Source: an uncultured Pseudonocardia sp.
GTDB taxonomy: Bacteria > Actinomycetota > Actinomycetes > Mycobacteriales > Pseudonocardiaceae
Assembly (NCBI GenBank): GCA_964247105.1
Contig: CAXTTN010000003.1
Location: forward strand, 1-62,014
Direction of reading: 5' to 3'
DNA length: 62,014 nucleotides
The notes below the pieces were generated by a model. The model saw nothing but the letters and a program-made list of their open reading frames with translations. It made no database searches and had not been told where the DNA came from. The translations under genes and the position numbers were made by a program. Shown here piece after piece: positions 58,096-62,014 of the stretch. Within the stretch, counting starts at the first letter, position 1. Every line of letters starts with the position of its first letter.

Positions 58096-59136
58096 TCAGA
58101 CGGTGACGACGACCTTCCCTCGGGTGTGGCCGGCCGCGACGTAGCGGAGGGCGTCGGCTGCGTCGTCGAGGGGGTAGGCGCGGTCGATGACCGGCGTGAC
58201 CTGCCCGGTCACGAGGAGGTCGGACAGGGCGAGCAGGTCCTGGCGCTTCTCGACCGACAGGAACGGCTTCAGCTGCTGACAGGTGAACGCGGACAGCACG
58301 CGCGCTCTGACGATCCGACCGAGGGGGCCGAGCCAGCGGCCGCCGCGTCCGCTGTTGGGGATGAGGGTGCCGGAGGGCGTCAGCGCTCGGCGGACGGCCG
58401 CCAGGGGCTGGGCCTCCACGTTGTCGAGGATGACGTCGTAGCGCTTCCCGGTGCGAGTGAAGTCGGTCCTCGTGTAGTCGACGACGTGGTCGGCACCGAG
58501 CGACCGGACCAGGTCGACGTTGCGGGTGCTGCACACCCCCGTCACCTCGGTGCCGAACGTCTTGGCGATCTGCACGGCGAAGGAGCCCACGCCGCCCGAC
58601 GCGCCCGTGACCAGCACCGTCTGACCCGGTCGAACGTTCGCGATCTCGCGCAGCGCCTGAAACGCCGCGATGGCCGACGTGGGCACCGCTGCCGCGTCCA
58701 CGACCGACAGGTTGGCAGGCACGCACACGAGGTTCCCTGCCGGGACGCAGGCGTACTCCGCGAGCGTTCCAGCGGTGCTCCAGCCGAACACCTCGTCACC
58801 GGGGCGGAGAGCGGTGACGTCCTTCCCGACCGCAGCCACCACGCCGGCGAGGTCCCTGCCGGGGATGCCGTGGCGCGGCCGGCGGAGCCCGAACGCCAGA
58901 CGCACCACATACGGCTCACCGGTCACGACGAAGTAGTCGCCGGGATGTAGCGAGGCCGCGCCCACCCGGACGAGCACATCACCTCGACCGGGCAGCGGTC
59001 GCCCGACCTCCCGCGCCTCGAGCACGGAGGGCGGGCCGTAGCGGTGCTGGACGACGGCCCGCATCGTCGCCGTGCGGGCCGGACTCGCCCCTGGCGCCAG
59101 GCGTGCGGAGGCGTTCGATGGCTGTTCGGTTCCCAT
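58096..59136 (-). CDS. NAD(P)-dependent MDR-family oxidoreductase
   Basis: PGRDLAG, TGASGGVG, LGADHVVDY, GKVVV. Confidence 0.9.
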   Translation of the reverse strand: MGTEQPSNASARLAPGASPARTATMRAVVQHRYGPPSVLEAREVGRPLPGRGDVLVRVGAASLHPGDYFVVTGEPYVVRLAFGLRRPRHGIPGRDLAGVVAAVGKDVTALRPGDEVFGWSTAGTLAEYACVPAGNLVCVPANLSVVDAAAVPTSAIAAFQALREIANVRPGQTVLVTGASGGVGSFAVQIAKTFGTEVTGVCSTRNVDLVRSLGADHVVDYTRTDFTRTGKRYDVILDNVEAQPLAAVRRALTPSGTLIPNSGRGGRWLGPLGRIVRARVLSAFTCQQLKPFLSVEKRQDLLALSDLLVTGQVTPVIDRAYPLDDAADALRYVAAGHTRGKVVVTV

Positions 59137-59174
59137 AGGAGCCTCCTCACGTCCGAGCCCGCGACCCTCGCCTG

Positions 59175-59230
59175 CTCGTACACCGTACGTCGTACGCCGT
59201 ACGCCGTACTATGCTCGTACGCTGTACGAT
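59175..59230. promoter_or_regulatory. TetR operator array with promoter
   Basis: Repeated CGTAC-N3-GTACG dyads (59177, 59191, 59216); TACTAT at 59207-59212. Confidence 0.7.
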
Positions 59231-59264
59231 CGTCAAGCCGTTCGAGGGAGCGAGGAGATGATCT

Positions 59265-59939
59265 GTGTCCGCGAGGGAACGACGCCAGGTCGCGTCAGAA
59301 ACCGTGCTGAGCAAGCAGCTGGTGGTGGTCGAGGCGGTCCGGCTCGCCGACCGTGACGGGGTCGACGGCCTGAGCATGCGCCGGTTGGCCGGCGCACTCG
59401 GCGCGGGCGCGATGTCGCTCTACCACTACGTGGCGAACAAGGAGGAGTTGCTGGACGCCATGATCGACGTCGTGTTCGAGGAGATCGAGCTCCCACCGGA
59501 GGAGACCGACTGGCAGTCGGCGATGCGACAGCGGACGGCATCTGCCCGAGAGGTTCTCGCACTCCACCCGTGGGCGATCGGCCTGATGGAGTCGCGGACA
59601 TCACCGGGGCCCGCGAACCTCCGCCACCGCGAAGCGGTAACCGCCTGCCTGCGAAGGGCCGGCTTCTCGGTCGTGATGGCGACGCACGCCAACTGGTTGC
59701 TCGACAGCTACGTCTACGGGTTCGCCCTGCAGGAAGCCGGTCTGCCGTTCGACACCGCCGATGAACTCGCGGGCATGACCGAGGACGTCTTCCTGCCCCA
59801 GCTTCCTCCTGACGAGTTCCCCTACCTCAACGAGTCCGCCACGGTGCTCGTCGCCGACGGCTACGACCCGGCGGAGGAATTCACCTTCGGCCTCGACCTC
59901 GTCCTGGCCGCCCTGGAGCCCCTGAGGGACTCCGCCTAG
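59265..59939 (+). CDS. TetR family regulator (TetR_C type)
   Basis: LSMRRLAGALG...MSLYHYVANKEEL; YVYGFALQE. Confidence 0.92.
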   Translation: MSARERRQVASETVLSKQLVVVEAVRLADRDGVDGLSMRRLAGALGAGAMSLYHYVANKEELLDAMIDVVFEEIELPPEETDWQSAMRQRTASAREVLALHPWAIGLMESRTSPGPANLRHREAVTACLRRAGFSVVMATHANWLLDSYVYGFALQEAGLPFDTADELAGMTEDVFLPQLPPDEFPYLNESATVLVADGYDPAEEFTFGLDLVLAALEPLRDSA

Positions 59940-59957
59940 CACGGTGTGGTGCGGCAT

Positions 59958-60794
59958 TCACGATCGCGCACCCTCGCCCGAGCGTTCTTCGCGTACCCGG
60001 TGTCCAACCCGGAGCAGGCGGACCGCGGTGACCAGGACGAGACCGCCGACCAGGTTGCCCAGCGCCGACCAGCCCAGCGCCCCGAGCCATTCGAACGGTC
60101 CGTAGGGGGCGGAGCCGGTGAGCATCCCGGCGAAGATGAAGATCGAGTCGAGGACGCAGTGGAAGAGCTGCGCACCGACCAGGACGAACGACAGCAGGAC
60201 GGCGGGAACGACCTTCAGGCCGAGGCTGTCGGTGGCGTGCTGCATCCGGGTCAGAGTGGTGATGACCAGGCCGGCGAGCACCGCGAGGAAGAACGACTCC
60301 CAGCTGACGCCCAGGTTCACGTAGTGCGCGCCCGTCGTCCGGGCGAGCTCGCGGACGTCCGGCAGTGCGATCACGATCATCGCTGCCATGACGAAGCCGC
60401 CCGCCAGGTTCGCGAGCAGGCTCACGATCCACAATCGCAGCAGCTGTGCCACGGTGCCCTTCCTGGCCACCACCGCGGTGACGGGCACCAGGAAGTTCTC
60501 GGTGAACAGCTCGCTGCGGGCGAGCAGAAGCGCCACGAACCCGATGCCGAACGCCGCTGCGGCCAGCAGGGGGCTGCCGGTGCGCTGCTCGACGACAAGG
60601 AAGATCAGCACGCCGATCCCGACGTCGATCCCGCCGACGAAGCCGGTGGTCACCAGCGGCAGCAACGGCCGGTTGAGCCGATCGTGCCCTTCCGAGACGA
60701 GCCGGTCGAAGGCCTCCTCGACCTCAGGTTCCTCCCTGGCGCCGGGAGCGGACGTGAGATCGGTGGAGTCACCGTCGGATCGCTGCTCGGTCAT
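59958..60794 (-). CDS. Formate/nitrite transporter family protein
   Basis: SELFTEN, NLAGG, FHCV, GNLVGG. Confidence 0.88.
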   Translation of the reverse strand: MTEQRSDGDSTDLTSAPGAREEPEVEEAFDRLVSEGHDRLNRPLLPLVTTGFVGGIDVGIGVLIFLVVEQRTGSPLLAAAAFGIGFVALLLARSELFTENFLVPVTAVVARKGTVAQLLRLWIVSLLANLAGGFVMAAMIVIALPDVRELARTTGAHYVNLGVSWESFFLAVLAGLVITTLTRMQHATDSLGLKVVPAVLLSFVLVGAQLFHCVLDSIFIFAGMLTGSAPYGPFEWLGALGWSALGNLVGGLVLVTAVRLLRVGHRVREERSGEGARS

Positions 60795-60959
60795 GTGGTC
60801 ACGGCGCCGGCGTCCGGGGCCGGCCCCTTGGCGGTCATGTTGATCGGCGGTCTCCTTCTCGTCGTTCCCGCTCCGTCGGGACACGGTTACCCATCGGCAC
60901 CCGATGCATGCCGGCGACCGTCTGCGGTGTTGCGGCGAAGGTTCACGCCGTCGACGACA

Positions 60960-61745
60960 TCACGATCTGCGGCGGCTCTCGGACGACTCGTCGGCCCAGA
61001 CCTCGAACTTCCGTAGCACGTCGCTCTCGGTATCGGTCGAGATCACGCGGGCCAGATCGCTGAGCCTCACGCTGTGGGCGCGCGCGTAGGTGCGCAGCAG
61101 GCTGAAGGCGGCATCGAGGGGGATGCCGCGACGCTCGGCCAGTCTCGCCTTCGCCTGCTCGATGACCAACCGGCTGGTCAGCGCTCGCTGGAGCTGCTCG
61201 ACAACGTGGTTGTGGTCGGCGATGGAGCGCTGCTGGAGGATCGCGATCGTGGCCGTGTCGGCCAGCGCCTGACCAATCCGAAGGTCGGACGGTGACATCG
61301 CCGTCGCCGTGGTGGCGAAAAGCGTCAGGGCGCCGAGGGACGACGTGCGCAGCCGCAACGGGAGGGAGTGCGCGGCCTGGAAGCCGTGGGCCTGCGCGAC
61401 CTCGACGAAGTGCGGCCACCGCCGTCTGATCGGCTGCTCCTCGAGGTCGGAGACCAGTACCGGTCGCCGGAGCCGGAAACAGTCCAGACTCGGACCTTCG
61501 ACCGCCTGGACGGCGAACAGCCCGGCCAAGCTCGATTGCTCCGTCGAGGCCGCGACGACGTTCAGGCGACCTCGTCGATCGGTCAGGAGCAGTCCGGCGG
61601 CGTCGACATCGAGGAACTCGATGCAGTGCCTGGTGAGCTCGTCGAGCAACTCGATGACGTCGAACCCCTCGACCAGGGAATCTGCGAGCCAGACAAACGC
61701 CTCTGCCAACTGAGCCTCGCGGTTGTGAGCTGATGTGGCGGGCAC
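60960..61745 (-). CDS. GAF and ANTAR domain protein
   Basis: LADSLVEGFDV, GAF region, ALTSRLVIEQAK...AFSLLR.YAR. Confidence 0.92.
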   Translation of the reverse strand: MPATSAHNREAQLAEAFVWLADSLVEGFDVIELLDELTRHCIEFLDVDAAGLLLTDRRGRLNVVAASTEQSSLAGLFAVQAVEGPSLDCFRLRRPVLVSDLEEQPIRRRWPHFVEVAQAHGFQAAHSLPLRLRTSSLGALTLFATTATAMSPSDLRIGQALADTATIAILQQRSIADHNHVVEQLQRALTSRLVIEQAKARLAERRGIPLDAAFSLLRTYARAHSVRLSDLARVISTDTESDVLRKFEVWADESSESRRRS

Positions 61746-62014
61746 CGATCGTCTCCTTGCTTGCTAGCGTCCAACGCAGTGGCAGGCGATGCGCTCAAGT
61801 ACCCTAAACTCTGCCTTCGGCGCGGCAACGGGCAGCACCGCGTAGTTGCGCCATCGCTCCCCGCAACGAGTCGATCGGTCGATCACCGCTGGCGAGGTGA
61901 TCGGACCGATCGAACTGGGCGCTCTCAGGTTCGTGGCGGGCGTCATCCGGTCGAGTTCGCGGTGACGGTGGTGCCGGCCTTGCCGTCGAGGATGTCGGTG
62001 GCGTCGGTGAGCGT

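Noticed and set aside
59175-59230. CRISPR array or VNTR
   Set aside because: Units are 5-7 bp with no spacers and no cas genes; the position fits an operator.
239-61733. Many long antisense or alternate-frame ORFs (e.g. 1809-3326, 10320-12614, 41074-42783, 52079-54409)
   Set aside because: They are Arg/Pro/Gly-rich shadow ORFs expected at high GC and overlap well-supported genes.

Overview
High-GC actinobacterial accessory region (Pseudonocardia-like by gene content; inferred) built from intact modules separated by deletion-scarred relics. (1) 266-14700: a MerR regulon island with two MerR paralogues, five MerR-type promoter/operators and many hydrolases (CocE/NonD, two TAP-like peptidases, CPBP protease, amidase, SGNH), plus a P450-TetR pair. 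(2) 15261-15380: a degenerate tRNA-Ala 3'-half resembling an att scar. (3) 16350-22090: oxidoreductase/regulator pairs among relics of organosulfur genes. (4) 22185-29777: an intact DabAB inorganic-carbon pump island with a PII-like gene, a Cys-rich protein, an HTH regulator and an extended FabI. (5) 33819-45121: an orphan catabolic cluster with a sugar-type ABC transporter. (6) 46966-49148: a PadR-ABC operon, flanked by IS3 and ISAs1 remnants. (7) 49790-53446: a decayed SznE/SznF-like (N-nitrosourea-type) biosynthetic cassette with intact MFS and hydrolase genes. (8) 53524-61745: EamA/AraC, a frameshifted DEDDh-BRCT-BRCT-TerD gene, TetR/MDR, an FNT channel and a GAF-ANTAR protein. No rRNA, intact tRNA or CRISPR array was seen. 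All family calls come from motif recognition by eye, not database searches.
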